Below, one piece after another: positions 20,801 through 28,562 of a stretch of 64,000 nt of DNA (its first letter is position 1; every line of letters begins with the position of its first letter). Source of the stretch: Patescibacteria group bacterium (GTDB lineage Bacteria > Patescibacteriota > Patescibacteriia > JAQUQO01); the NCBI GenBank assembly GCA_028716045.1, contig JAQUQO010000001.1, positions 64,942 to 128,941 on the forward strand, written 5' to 3'. The notes beneath the pieces were generated by a model, which did no database searches, was not told the origin of the DNA, and saw only the letters and a list, made by a program, of their open reading frames with translations. The position numbers and the translations under genes were made by a program.

Positions 20801-23800
20801 TTTTTAAACGGCCGGCAGAGGGAGGTAAAGTAATTGACCCTTATATTTTTAGAAGAGCTGCTGACGAAGAAATTTTTGAAGTGGAGGCACAAACGGAGAA
20901 CGGTCAACCCTTGCGGCCCTTTCCCGAATATCATTGGTCATGGAGTTGGCAGCCAGGTGAGACCGGTTTAGTTAAAGTTTCCAGCCAAGACAAATATTGC
21001 AGCATCACCAAAAAGGATTGTTCTGATAAAGAAGTCGGCACTCAATGTTCTGTCGCGGACGGCATTTGTGTTTTAAGTGATATCCAAACGATAACGCCGG
21101 AAAATAACAGCGGAGATACGACACTCACGGTGACCGCCGAGATACTGAACGATGAATTAAATAAACCCGCGACTAAAGGAGAGAAAGTGGAAGGAGTTAT
21201 TGATATCAAGAATCGTATTTGCGAGAATTTGTGGTCATCAGCGCAGAACGATGAATATAAATGGCTGGAGGCCTCAACGTATCTTTTCGAATCAGACCTT
21301 TTAAAAATATCACCCATTTCTGGTAATTTTTCCACTTGGTATTGCCGCGATGCTGGTAATCCGGATAAAACCGAAGATGACTTACCGGATTTAAATATAA
21401 TTACAGTGGCCGAAGAAGGGACTGGTATCAGAGAATATTTGTTCAAAGACCCCTCCACTCCCGCCGCGGTTGGCTTTAGAATTTTACCCAATCTTAAACA
21501 TTTATCGCTTTTAAATTGGTATAAAGAGCAAGAAGGATTAAGCGGCAATCCGCAGACGATGGGGACCATTGACGGGTATTCAGCTCTTCGCGACGGCAAC
21601 ACTGTTTATATTAATTTTGCCAACAACAGTACCAAATGTTTTAACGCGGACTCTTGTTTTATTGACGCTATCTATACCAACGTGCTGGCGGTCTCCTTTA
21701 CTGAAACCGGCGGACAAAACATCCAAAATATCTTCAATCAGTTGGTTAAATATCTAAAATTTAATGAAAGTTTTTATCCGCATGGTCCCGGAAGCTCCAG
21801 CCGCTCCTTTTATTCCAATAATGCCATTGCCAATGCCGCCAAAGCTCAACTACTTCGCGATACGCGGCGCTGGGAGGATTTGACTGATATTGCCGCCACC
21901 TTGAATAATTACGCCGAGAATCATAGCGGCCAATATCCAAAAATTGAGGCCGGTTCTTTCCTCCCTGGTTTAACAATCAGCGCTTGGCCGTCTTGGAACA
22001 CGGTTTTGGGCAATAATTTAGGCATGGCTTTGCCCGAAGACCCTAAGAATGAATTTTCCGCTGACTGTTCGGAAGGAACTTTTCTTGATGAGCCGTTTAA
22101 TGCCGCCACTTGCTGGTCAAGCAAAGGAGCTTTCTATTGTCCCCAAAATTCTCATATCTATTGGTATAACCATCGCGCTGATGGGCAATATAATTTGGCG
22201 GGAGAATTTGAATTTAATGCTAACGAGGAAACAGCGGAGTATTTGTGGAGGTTAGACAGCGCAAAACAGAATTATCAGTTGTTAAGAAATATCTATATCA
22301 CCGTTTCTTCTGACGCGGCCGGAGGACCGTCCTGCAATTCCACACCCGCCAGTCCGATAAAGGGCGTTTGCGGTGACGGTTATATTGATTTAAATGAGGT
22401 TTGCGATGGTGCGGGTTATTTTGAAATCAAAGATAATAATAATTACCCTTGCCGCGCTTATTATACTTGTAAGTCGGATTGCTCGGCTAAAATATATAAG
22501 GATTCTTCCGGCAAGGAAGTGGAAATAAAAACATCGTCCGAGGAAACAAATTTAGCAGCGTCCATTTGCCAGTATGTTGGCAGGTGCGGCGACGGAATTG
22601 TCAGTGGTCCCGAAACCTGTGATGATGGTGTGGAACGCAATGGGCAGTATGGTCGTTGCCCGAAAAGTTGCCGGCAGTCTGATGCCGTTAAATGCGGTGA
22701 TTATAATATTGATAAACCATTTGAAGTTTGTGATAAGGGAGGCAAGACAGAATATGGCGGTACTAAGAGAGAAAATTCTTGTCGTTGGGATTGTTTGGCC
22801 TATGGCCCGTATTGCGGCGACAAAGTGGTGGAGGAAGAATATGGGGAAGTTTGTGAATTAGGGGAGATAGTGACTCCACAGGAAAATTGTCCAATAGTTG
22901 ATGGTTATCAGCAATTTAAAAAATATCAATGTAGTTCTGATTGCCAGAAATGGAACTTAGTTGCCGATTGTTCTTCTCTCGGACAGCAGTGCGGCAATAA
23001 AATAAAAGAAGGTACTGAAGAATGCGATGACGGTAAAAATACGGGAGATAAGGATCAAAACGGCATTCCCGATGGTAATGAAGACGCTTGTAATAATGAT
23101 TGTAAATTAACTGTTTGCGGGGACAGTAAAATTCAAAATCCCAATGGGCTGGGGCAGAAAGAAGAATGTGATTTGGGGGCGGGAGTCAATGGGGTGAGTT
23201 GTCGAGAAAAATTGCCTTATAGTGAAGGAATAAATGAAGCTCCGCAACAATGCACTTATTGCGATGCCAATTGCCGGAGCGTGCGCGTCCAGGGCCCATA
23301 TTGCGGTGACGGAATAATAGATGTCGGCCACGAAGAGTGCGACGGCAATAATAATCTGGAATATTGCGAGGACGGAATCAGGGTAAGAAAGCTGACTTGC
23401 AATAATTCCTGCGATTGGGATAAGGGCAAAGAGTGCGAATACGTCGGTGAAGGAGAAAGCTGCACAGTTGGCGGCGGAGACGAGCAGGTTTGCGATGCCG
23501 GAATGGGTTGTGTGAATGGCAAATGCCAGAAATGTTTTGATAATAATGGTCGGGTTAAACCGGAATGTCAAGCGGTCAGCGGTTTTATTAAACCCTTTGA
23601 TTATTGCACTAACAATTCTCAATGTTTGCAGGCCTATGATTTGAGTTGGAAATGCTCGTCCGCGCTTAAACTTTGCTTGCCGGAAACTATAATAACTGCC
23701 GGTCTTTATGGGAAGTCCTGCCCGGGCGGTTTAACCCAACATGGAGGTCTTTGCTATTATCGGGCTTCAAATAATCAAGTCACGGACGGCAAATGCCCGA

Positions 23801-25203
23801 CATTAAATATGGACTTGCTGTTAAACCGAGGAATAAAGCAATTGGAATTTGAAAAATTTAAAGGCCTAGCCAACAATCCAATAACTGGAAATTTTGTTTT
23901 ATGCGTTTTTGACGCTGAAAATTATAAGAAGAATATTTGTAGCAGTTCCGCTTGCGGTGGCGATTGCGGGCATGCGGATAATAGTTGGTCGGATTTTTGC
24001 CCGTCAGCTAGACCAAACAGCGACCAACCGAATGAACAATGTTCGGGTGGTTCCTGTAATCAACAGTCGGGGAGTATCTTGGGTAAATTTAGCTGTCGTT
24101 ATACAGATACTTGTGGCAATTCGTGTTTGCTGACGGGGTTTGGTTGTTGCAATGGTTCTGTCTATGATTTAGGGGTGGAAAAATGCGAAAATAATCAAAT
24201 ACTTTGTCAGGAAACAGGCAGTGGTCAGACAGACAATGTGCCACCGGAAGATAAAATGGATTCTTGCTATAATAAATGTTGCGATAACGATGAGTATTGC
24301 TCTTCTGCCACTCAATCTTGCGTGGAATGTGAGAAAGACAACCATTGCAGTGATAATGATAAAGATAAGTTTTGTGTTAATTATGAATGTGTGGAATGTC
24401 GGGAGAATGCTAATTGTATCGGCGGAAAAATTTGTTTAAATAATCAATGTGCCGACGCGCCACAGTGCCAGGTTGACAGTGATTGTAAGGTAATGGGGGC
24501 AAATGCAAAATGTGTTAATAAAAAATGTGGGTGCTCCTCCAGCTGTTCAGGCAAGCAGTGCGGTGATGACGGTTGTGGCGGGGATTGCGGAGAGTGTCGG
24601 GAGAGCTGGAGTTGTAGCGGTAATACGTCAGTACACAAAACATCGTCTTGTAAGAATAATCAATGTACAGAAGAGCGGATTGATTGTAGTAATAAGGGTG
24701 GATGCGATTCAGCGACTGGTAAATGTAAGGGTTGCACATCGGTGGAGCATACTTCCAAAAACGCCGTTAAATATACTAAATGTTTTGATGGTGACGCTTG
24801 GTGGGTGGATGGTTGCGGTCAAAAAGATGGTCTTTATGAAAATTGCAGTGATGTAGAGATTTGTGAGAAGAATGAGGCCGAGCCGGCGGGATGTGAGTGT
24901 AAATACGGAGATTGTACTTCAAATGTTTGTGTTCCTCGACCGGGCCTAGAACTTTGTGTGGAAGGAACATGTACTTATCTTCGCGAGTGTGTTTATGGTT
25001 GTTTTACGGAACCGCGGCAATGCGATAACGTTTGTTATGGCGGCGAATGCGTTGAGTGCAATCCGAAAGGCACCTCTTGCCATAATACGACGTCAACGGA
25101 CGGGGCTTGTAATGGAAGAATATGCGAGATTTTAGGATGTCAAAAACATTGGGTTTGTAATACTGCCGGTAAAAAAGTTTATGAGTGTGGTAGTTGTCCA
25201 TAA
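14872..25203 (+). CDS. Giant (3443 aa) secreted cysteine-rich adhesin-like protein with N-terminal pilin-like anchor, IPT/TIG repeats and Myxococcus-type Cys-rich repeats
   Basis: It is a single uninterrupted 10.3-kb ORF. The N-terminal domain is paralogous to 13090 (…LIGGFKWMTAAGNEEKLAGAKKLLLNGAIGL…). There are at least 4 IPT/TIG-like repeats (…GNYLTIKGEGFG…, PGICEVSPREGVEGGDLNISGKGFG…). Repeats of CG(D/N)G..x..E(E/D)CDDGN...GDGCS..C follow across about 18.9-20.2 kb. The C-terminal 900 aa are packed with CxxC/EGF- or follistatin-like cysteine knots. Confidence 0.8.
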   Translation: MKSRKLTIKILLAASLLLAIFFLGKPVLAQVDAGLGYLEQSGLGTADIRVTIANIIRIILGFLGTLAVVIVLIGGFKWMTAAGNEEKLAGAKKLLLNGAIGLVIVLFSFGIASFVISRLMQATGGGGGGVVGGEVPGGGVFYPNNLVVKSITPQGPVPIRNVKVRVIFNKEIKPESVTGKIEVRRANDDSEAAGNFDIGSRSVEFSPSAACPEPNQNLKCFDSNTEYRVEIKEGVKSADDKDLKCGGAYPKCNGFFTTGDLVDVTPPTGVITNPDDGGSFSVDDSVLLQAATKDDSGIGLVEFYVDGRLIDSDGPEGPTASTYLAEGYWETAGVELLSRHEIYAQVFDINDHKTNTDKIYALARAKHCFNGIKDEKEEGVDCGGEREAKDYCGACAGGDCDRADKDAGTCAAPDNTFCASGYCESTTCKCQIHLKISNIYSGDKNDFAGLNPNGSPGNYLTIKGEGFGRSLGQVIFLGSDLSSDDKIAALASCSSAWQDKQVVVEIPAGVVDGSIKLITGNKAEDSTDDAYGPIINDFQLNDSKRPGICEVSPREGVEGGDLNISGKGFGDQAGALYFGSEILKKINSWQDGKISSVIPNFNLGDYLVLIKAGEEFSNGVNFSLIEGKSVGPHVDYLNPEKGRKGQYVTIVGSRFGSGQGTVNFINRAKGNAILASTDFPAACQSSWWRDNYVIVRVPEIGDGTYDLVLTTAKNRDSNPVPFEVTGDPLTPGICNLNPDNGLVNTKVNISGGGFASLGSESRIDFWQNKKAEAVSWSDDKIFTTVPPDTQTGPVFVTSNEKKDGANLVSNRIPFRVGACEKDSCLEGETCCGDGICRGTCFDEISKAKYRWYFNTGELPKIPQVVEECAANSAPSPVPFSKFGNTDVCLNVIPSARFSVPMQYETLIKENILFEECATGAEGKMICIPVEDYSIAISSSKDSESGKDRFEIYPGGKGSGVNLKSNTSYRVVLTTALRGADTEGKTGANMIANVEECGQGNAYCWGFKTGDKLCDIGDINVLPSPNTLRSADAQSDYEVVVRAKDNSCWGINPFAYDWWWIIADPSKADVTNAELDGKGLPEQIVTAKNETLPDRPTQVMADTEDKLGDGELHINYAFPAVINHSPACQNGICSNAEISATFNVQLENYEDNILLYKCAEESCKYLSEIPVAYTSEKIAKTGGEEVNEKITLTILGENEFLEKDTWYRVQVKGGDNGVKSKGGERSLIGGNDGADYSWKFQTRDNDKICDVEQVEVFPRKTTLYYIGQRKELTSSVSGPEDACGNGQSLAVRTNNPDTGASLDNYNWQWESSVPNLVTLTGSALGRVAPWDGELIDANPIIGGACSSKCLRVGSKTGGAICGNGVWEKGEDCDGGGGCSAKCLSAGSVSPAVCGDGYIGAPDKKYEYKNYLTDLRAGRLPADFKSFGEECDDGKHCANGAYCSSDTECELVMRGFCGTPANFELCKDNNWATFDKDGKKLESILDKKCQPRSSDSCSGQCLNEGAAFELGTCGNGQIGGGEDCDDGNRQPGDGCSAACLNEGSAAGAAVCQNAIVESKWEDCDEGAGNNPAAGCSNSCLNEGSRVTPCAYFFDKIVCGRQGYCQWDEMSEDDPSDDLCVYNNVCESKTEIKCLGLEACRWVDNECHKAICGDGAVDISEDCDDGNLRAGDGCSAKCVKEGASLTYTNASVCGDGEIKTGEECDSGSGDGKKDPYQAVTAIDSTPTSAIIKASVNNAAGKKISCDGEGCAEVEVVCVCSDDDYCEGYSENLACNQVNRCCYPRPTIVAVKPAHDNDPEEPNACPNGVLEVEFDQQMDLASLAENIKLYHLQLNTPCNQEALSWHEKLGKWAKNMFAKIGLAAVPEYWCPVAGAVRTVTLDNGGNKINKAEFVPNDILDVNNTYRLFVKIDNETTAAITEGVRSLTGGVGVKEVDAAGGNTHFKIDESTGRMEESSGNFDRYFFAHFVTGMEICQVEQVVFKRPAEGGKVIDPYIFRRAADEEIFEVEAQTENGQPLRPFPEYHWSWSWQPGETGLVKVSSQDKYCSITKKDCSDKEVGTQCSVADGICVLSDIQTITPENNSGDTTLTVTAEILNDELNKPATKGEKVEGVIDIKNRICENLWSSAQNDEYKWLEASTYLFESDLLKISPISGNFSTWYCRDAGNPDKTEDDLPDLNIITVAEEGTGIREYLFKDPSTPAAVGFRILPNLKHLSLLNWYKEQEGLSGNPQTMGTIDGYSALRDGNTVYINFANNSTKCFNADSCFIDAIYTNVLAVSFTETGGQNIQNIFNQLVKYLKFNESFYPHGPGSSSRSFYSNNAIANAAKAQLLRDTRRWEDLTDIAATLNNYAENHSGQYPKIEAGSFLPGLTISAWPSWNTVLGNNLGMALPEDPKNEFSADCSEGTFLDEPFNAATCWSSKGAFYCPQNSHIYWYNHRADGQYNLAGEFEFNANEETAEYLWRLDSAKQNYQLLRNIYITVSSDAAGGPSCNSTPASPIKGVCGDGYIDLNEVCDGAGYFEIKDNNNYPCRAYYTCKSDCSAKIYKDSSGKEVEIKTSSEETNLAASICQYVGRCGDGIVSGPETCDDGVERNGQYGRCPKSCRQSDAVKCGDYNIDKPFEVCDKGGKTEYGGTKRENSCRWDCLAYGPYCGDKVVEEEYGEVCELGEIVTPQENCPIVDGYQQFKKYQCSSDCQKWNLVADCSSLGQQCGNKIKEGTEECDDGKNTGDKDQNGIPDGNEDACNNDCKLTVCGDSKIQNPNGLGQKEECDLGAGVNGVSCREKLPYSEGINEAPQQCTYCDANCRSVRVQGPYCGDGIIDVGHEECDGNNNLEYCEDGIRVRKLTCNNSCDWDKGKECEYVGEGESCTVGGGDEQVCDAGMGCVNGKCQKCFDNNGRVKPECQAVSGFIKPFDYCTNNSQCLQAYDLSWKCSSALKLCLPETIITAGLYGKSCPGGLTQHGGLCYYRASNNQVTDGKCPTLNMDLLLNRGIKQLEFEKFKGLANNPITGNFVLCVFDAENYKKNICSSSACGGDCGHADNSWSDFCPSARPNSDQPNEQCSGGSCNQQSGSILGKFSCRYTDTCGNSCLLTGFGCCNGSVYDLGVEKCENNQILCQETGSGQTDNVPPEDKMDSCYNKCCDNDEYCSSATQSCVECEKDNHCSDNDKDKFCVNYECVECRENANCIGGKICLNNQCADAPQCQVDSDCKVMGANAKCVNKKCGCSSSCSGKQCGDDGCGGDCGECRESWSCSGNTSVHKTSSCKNNQCTEERIDCSNKGGCDSATGKCKGCTSVEHTSKNAVKYTKCFDGDAWWVDGCGQKDGLYENCSDVEICEKNEAEPAGCECKYGDCTSNVCVPRPGLELCVEGTCTYLRECVYGCFTEPRQCDNVCYGGECVECNPKGTSCHNTTSTDGACNGRICEILGCQKHWVCNTAGKKVYECGSCP

Positions 25204-25216
25204 ATAATAAAATGTA

Positions 25217-25906
25217 ATGTCATTATCAAAGCGAAAAATTTTGATGATTGGGCTGGCGGTAATAATAGTTTGCCTTGTTTTGCTAATGTTTTATAAGAGA
25301 GATAGAGAAAATGCTGATGTTTTGGACGAGGCAGAAATTCAGAACATATTATCGAATGAAGATATCGCATTGAAAGAATTAGTAGGTATTGATAAAGAAG
25401 CGGCCGAGCGATTGGCTATTATGTACAACAATGGCCAATCGGGGGCTAGAGATTCGGACGGAGACGGCATTACCGATGAAGATGAAAAAAATTACAGAGT
25501 TTTTACTGGTTCTATGGAGGACATACAAAAAGCCGGGCTAGATCCCCAAAATATCACGGAGAAGGATATTGAAAAACTAGATTCAGAATTATTTTTAGTA
25601 TTAAATCCGGAGAATAAAGATACGGATGGTGACGGGGCAAGCGATGGAGAAGAAATATTTAAATATTTTACGGACCCATGGGATCAGGATAGTGATGGCG
25701 ACGGTATCTTAGACGGAGAAGAAATTGCTAAATATAATACGTTGCCTAATAATCCTGACACCGACGGCGATATTTTATCGGATTATGACGAGATATTTAA
25801 GTATAAAACAGACCCTCTGAAAGCCGATACCGATGGTGACGGATTTCGCGATGATATGGAAATTAGTAATGGATTTAATCCCTCGGGGGAGGGGAAATTA
25901 GAATAA
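25217..25906 (+). CDS. Single-TM protein with thrombospondin type-3-like Ca-binding repeats (DTDGDG)
   Basis: An N-terminal TM helix, then repeated D-x-D-x-DG-x-x-D-x-x-E units (DSDGDGITDEDE, DTDGDGASDGEE, DSDGDGILDGEE, DTDGDILSDYDE, DTDGDGFRDDME). It ends NGFNPSGEGKLE. Confidence 0.7.
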   Translation: MSLSKRKILMIGLAVIIVCLVLLMFYKRDRENADVLDEAEIQNILSNEDIALKELVGIDKEAAERLAIMYNNGQSGARDSDGDGITDEDEKNYRVFTGSMEDIQKAGLDPQNITEKDIEKLDSELFLVLNPENKDTDGDGASDGEEIFKYFTDPWDQDSDGDGILDGEEIAKYNTLPNNPDTDGDILSDYDEIFKYKTDPLKADTDGDGFRDDMEISNGFNPSGEGKLE

Positions 25907-25944
25907 AAATATAACATACAATTTATTATTTAATTTTAATTCTT

Positions 25945-26649
25945 ATGTTTGAAGACAATAAAAACGCGTCCAGACCGGTTCCTCCCTCTAATCTGCCGAC
26001 TGGCGGCAAGGAACCAGAAGATATTTTGGCCGGAGTGGAGAAAACTCCGTCGGCGGCTTCTTTTGTCCCTCCTCCGCGTCCGGTCACTTCGTCATCCTTA
26101 AAAATGGGGGGTATTCCGACTCCGCCTCTCCCGGGACCCCAATTGCCAGAGAAAAAAAGTTCAGCCAAGATTTTTTGGTTGGTTATTATTATAATAATTT
26201 TAGTTGGCATGGGTTTTGGCGGGTGGTATTGGTATTCGCAATTAAGCGGCGGTTCGGAGGCGGAGATTCAGCTTGAGGAACAGCCGAGTGAAGAAACTTT
26301 TACCCCAGTTGAGAATATTGAAGAATTGAATATGGCGGAGGAAGAAACTCCGGCAGTAACGACTCCGGAAACTGGCAACGAAGAAACGACATTGCCTCCC
26401 GCGGAAGTTCCCGAGAATTTAGATACTGACGGCGATGGTTTAACCGATGAGGAAGAAATACAATTAGGCACAGACCCCAGCAAGGTTGATACTGATGGTG
26501 ATGATTTATTTGACCGTGAAGAGGCGAGAATATACAAGACGGACCCGCTTAACCCTGACACCGACGGCGATGGTTATTTAGACGGACAGGAAATTAAGTC
26601 CGGATATAATCCTAGGGGTGAGGGAAAATTATTAGAAATCAATCTGTAA
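25945..26649 (+). CDS. Paralogous TM protein with TSP3-like repeats and Pro-rich cytoplasmic N-tail
   Basis: A Pro-rich N-terminus, a TM helix, an acidic linker, DTDGDGLTDEEE / DTDGDDLFDREE / DTDGDGYLDGQE, and the C-terminus SGYNPRGEGKLLEINL. Confidence 0.7.
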   Translation: MFEDNKNASRPVPPSNLPTGGKEPEDILAGVEKTPSAASFVPPPRPVTSSSLKMGGIPTPPLPGPQLPEKKSSAKIFWLVIIIIILVGMGFGGWYWYSQLSGGSEAEIQLEEQPSEETFTPVENIEELNMAEEETPAVTTPETGNEETTLPPAEVPENLDTDGDGLTDEEEIQLGTDPSKVDTDGDDLFDREEARIYKTDPLNPDTDGDGYLDGQEIKSGYNPRGEGKLLEINL

Positions 26650-26685
26650 TAAAATGTTTAAACTTTAGGCAGTGAGGCAAGTTTT

Positions 26686-27672
26686 ATGGTTAATTTTAAT
26701 AATACGGAGAATAGACAAATAGAAAATACCCAGACAGTTGAGTCACCTCCGAGAGTGGGGGAGATTTATGTTATGCCCGAAAGATTTTATTTAAACCAAA
26801 GGGAAAAGGCGGGCAAAGGGTTAAAAATAGTTTTAATTGGGGGCGGAATTTTTATTGTTTGTGTGGTTGCCGCCGCCATTTTTGTTTTAAAGATGCCAGC
26901 GAGTGAAGCCCCGTTGCCGGTAGTTGAAAATGTGTTGCCAAAGGAAGAGATAGCGCCACCGCCGGAGGAAGTTAAGGTTGTTGAAGAAAAAAAAGAAGAA
27001 CCCGCTCCGTTAGCAGAAGAAATAACAGAGGAACCGGAAATTTCAAAAGAGGAAGAATCGTCACCCCCAGTCGTGACTTTGCCCAATATGCCGGCGGTTG
27101 GCCTAGATACCGACCGCGATAACTTTACCGATGCAGAGGAAACAATTTTTGGGACCGGTGTTAATTTACCAGATACCGACGAAGATGGTTATTTAGATGG
27201 TAATGAGGTAGCTAATTTATATAATCCCTTAGCTAAAGAAGGGATGCTTAAAGATTCTAATTTGGTTAAAATTTATAATAATTCGCAGTTTGGTTATAGT
27301 ATTTTTTACCCCTTAACCTGGGTGAGTAGAGTGATTGATAATACTGGTAAAGAAGTTATTTTTAATTCCGATACCGGAGAATTTATCCAGGTTATAGTTG
27401 AGGAAAATTCTTTGGGGCTTTCACCGCTTGATTGGTATCTGAATCAATCTCCGGGGATAGCCAAAGAGCAGATTCAGCCCGTTGAAACAAAAAATTTTTC
27501 CGGAGTATCAAGTTTAGACACGCTTACTGTTTATTTAGTGCCTAAAAATGGCGATGGGAAAAATATTTTTATTGTCACTTATAATATAGGGACGAAATCG
27601 GAAATGAGTTTTAAAACAATTTTCCAAATGATGGTAAATAGTTTTACTTTTAATCCAGGCGCTTCTTTATGA
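26686..27672 (+). CDS. Paralogous TM protein with TSP3-like repeats plus C-terminal beta-rich domain
   Basis: A TM helix, a Glu/Pro-rich linker, DTDRDNFTDAEE / DTDEDGYLDGNE, then NLYNPLAKEGMLKDSN and an about 130-aa extra C-terminal domain. Confidence 0.65.
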   Translation: MVNFNNTENRQIENTQTVESPPRVGEIYVMPERFYLNQREKAGKGLKIVLIGGGIFIVCVVAAAIFVLKMPASEAPLPVVENVLPKEEIAPPPEEVKVVEEKKEEPAPLAEEITEEPEISKEEESSPPVVTLPNMPAVGLDTDRDNFTDAEETIFGTGVNLPDTDEDGYLDGNEVANLYNPLAKEGMLKDSNLVKIYNNSQFGYSIFYPLTWVSRVIDNTGKEVIFNSDTGEFIQVIVEENSLGLSPLDWYLNQSPGIAKEQIQPVETKNFSGVSSLDTLTVYLVPKNGDGKNIFIVTYNIGTKSEMSFKTIFQMMVNSFTFNPGASL

Positions 27673-28100
27673 AGAGATTAGAAATAAATCAGCTGGCCGG
27701 TCGTCGTTTAAGGAAGAATGTTTTTACCGCGGTTTTTACAAAATTTTTAAAAAATGTCAAACGTAAAGGAAAAGGAGTTAGGGTTTCTTTAGCTATCGTT
27801 GATAACAGAATAATTAAGAAATTAAACAGTATTTATAGAAATAAAAAATTACCAACAGATGTGCTAAGTTTTTCTTATGGAGGGGAGAGCGGCAGAGAGG
27901 GGGAAATCATAATTTCCTATCCCCAAGCGAAAAAACAAGCAAAAGTTTACAGACATTCTTTAGAGAAAGAAATGCAGATTCTTTTTACCCACGGACTCTT
28001 GCACTTAGTCGGTTTTGACCACAAAACAGAAAAAGATAAAGTAAGGATGCATAAAAAAGAATGTGAAATTTTAGGGGAAGGCCTGTGCGAGAGGAATTAA
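27669..28100 (+). CDS. ybeY: rRNA maturation endoribonuclease YbeY
   Basis: HGLLHLVGFDH zinc-binding motif. The start overlaps the upstream stop (ATGA). Confidence 0.9.
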   Translation: MKRLEINQLAGRRLRKNVFTAVFTKFLKNVKRKGKGVRVSLAIVDNRIIKKLNSIYRNKKLPTDVLSFSYGGESGREGEIIISYPQAKKQAKVYRHSLEKEMQILFTHGLLHLVGFDHKTEKDKVRMHKKECEILGEGLCERN

Positions 28101-28119
28101 AAATTTAGACCGAATTTTT

Positions 28120-28491
28120 ATGTTGAGCTTATCAAGATTTTTCAAAAGTTTTCGTTACGCCGGCCGGGGCTTAAGGCAAGTTTTTAGGGAAGAACAAAGT
28201 TTTCGTTTACAGATTTTAGCGGCAATTTTAGTGGTAATTTTAGCATTTTATTTTCAAATTGCTACTTGGCAGATTATTGTTTTATTTTTAGTTATTACTT
28301 TAGTTTTAGTATTGGAGCTGATTAATAGTATTTTTGAAAGGATGGTGGATATAATCAAGCCCGGGATTCATGAATATGTCAGGGGGATTAAAGATATTAT
28401 GGCCGCGGCTGTTTTATTAGCTTCTTTAGCGGCAATAATAATTGGCCTTTTCATTTTTTGGCCATATTTGAGGGCAGTTGTTAGTTTTTGA
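28120..28491 (+). CDS. dgkA: Diacylglycerol/undecaprenol kinase (DgkA family)
   Basis: Three TM helices and the conserved LELINSIFERMVD (E-N-E-D) active-site segment. The product is 123 aa. Confidence 0.8.
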   Translation: MLSLSRFFKSFRYAGRGLRQVFREEQSFRLQILAAILVVILAFYFQIATWQIIVLFLVITLVLVLELINSIFERMVDIIKPGIHEYVRGIKDIMAAAVLLASLAAIIIGLFIFWPYLRAVVSF

Positions 28492-28562
28492 TTTAAAATT
28501 TACAAATTAAAAATTGTATTTTCCCCTTTGCTTTTTAAATTAATTATTGTTATCATAAAGAT

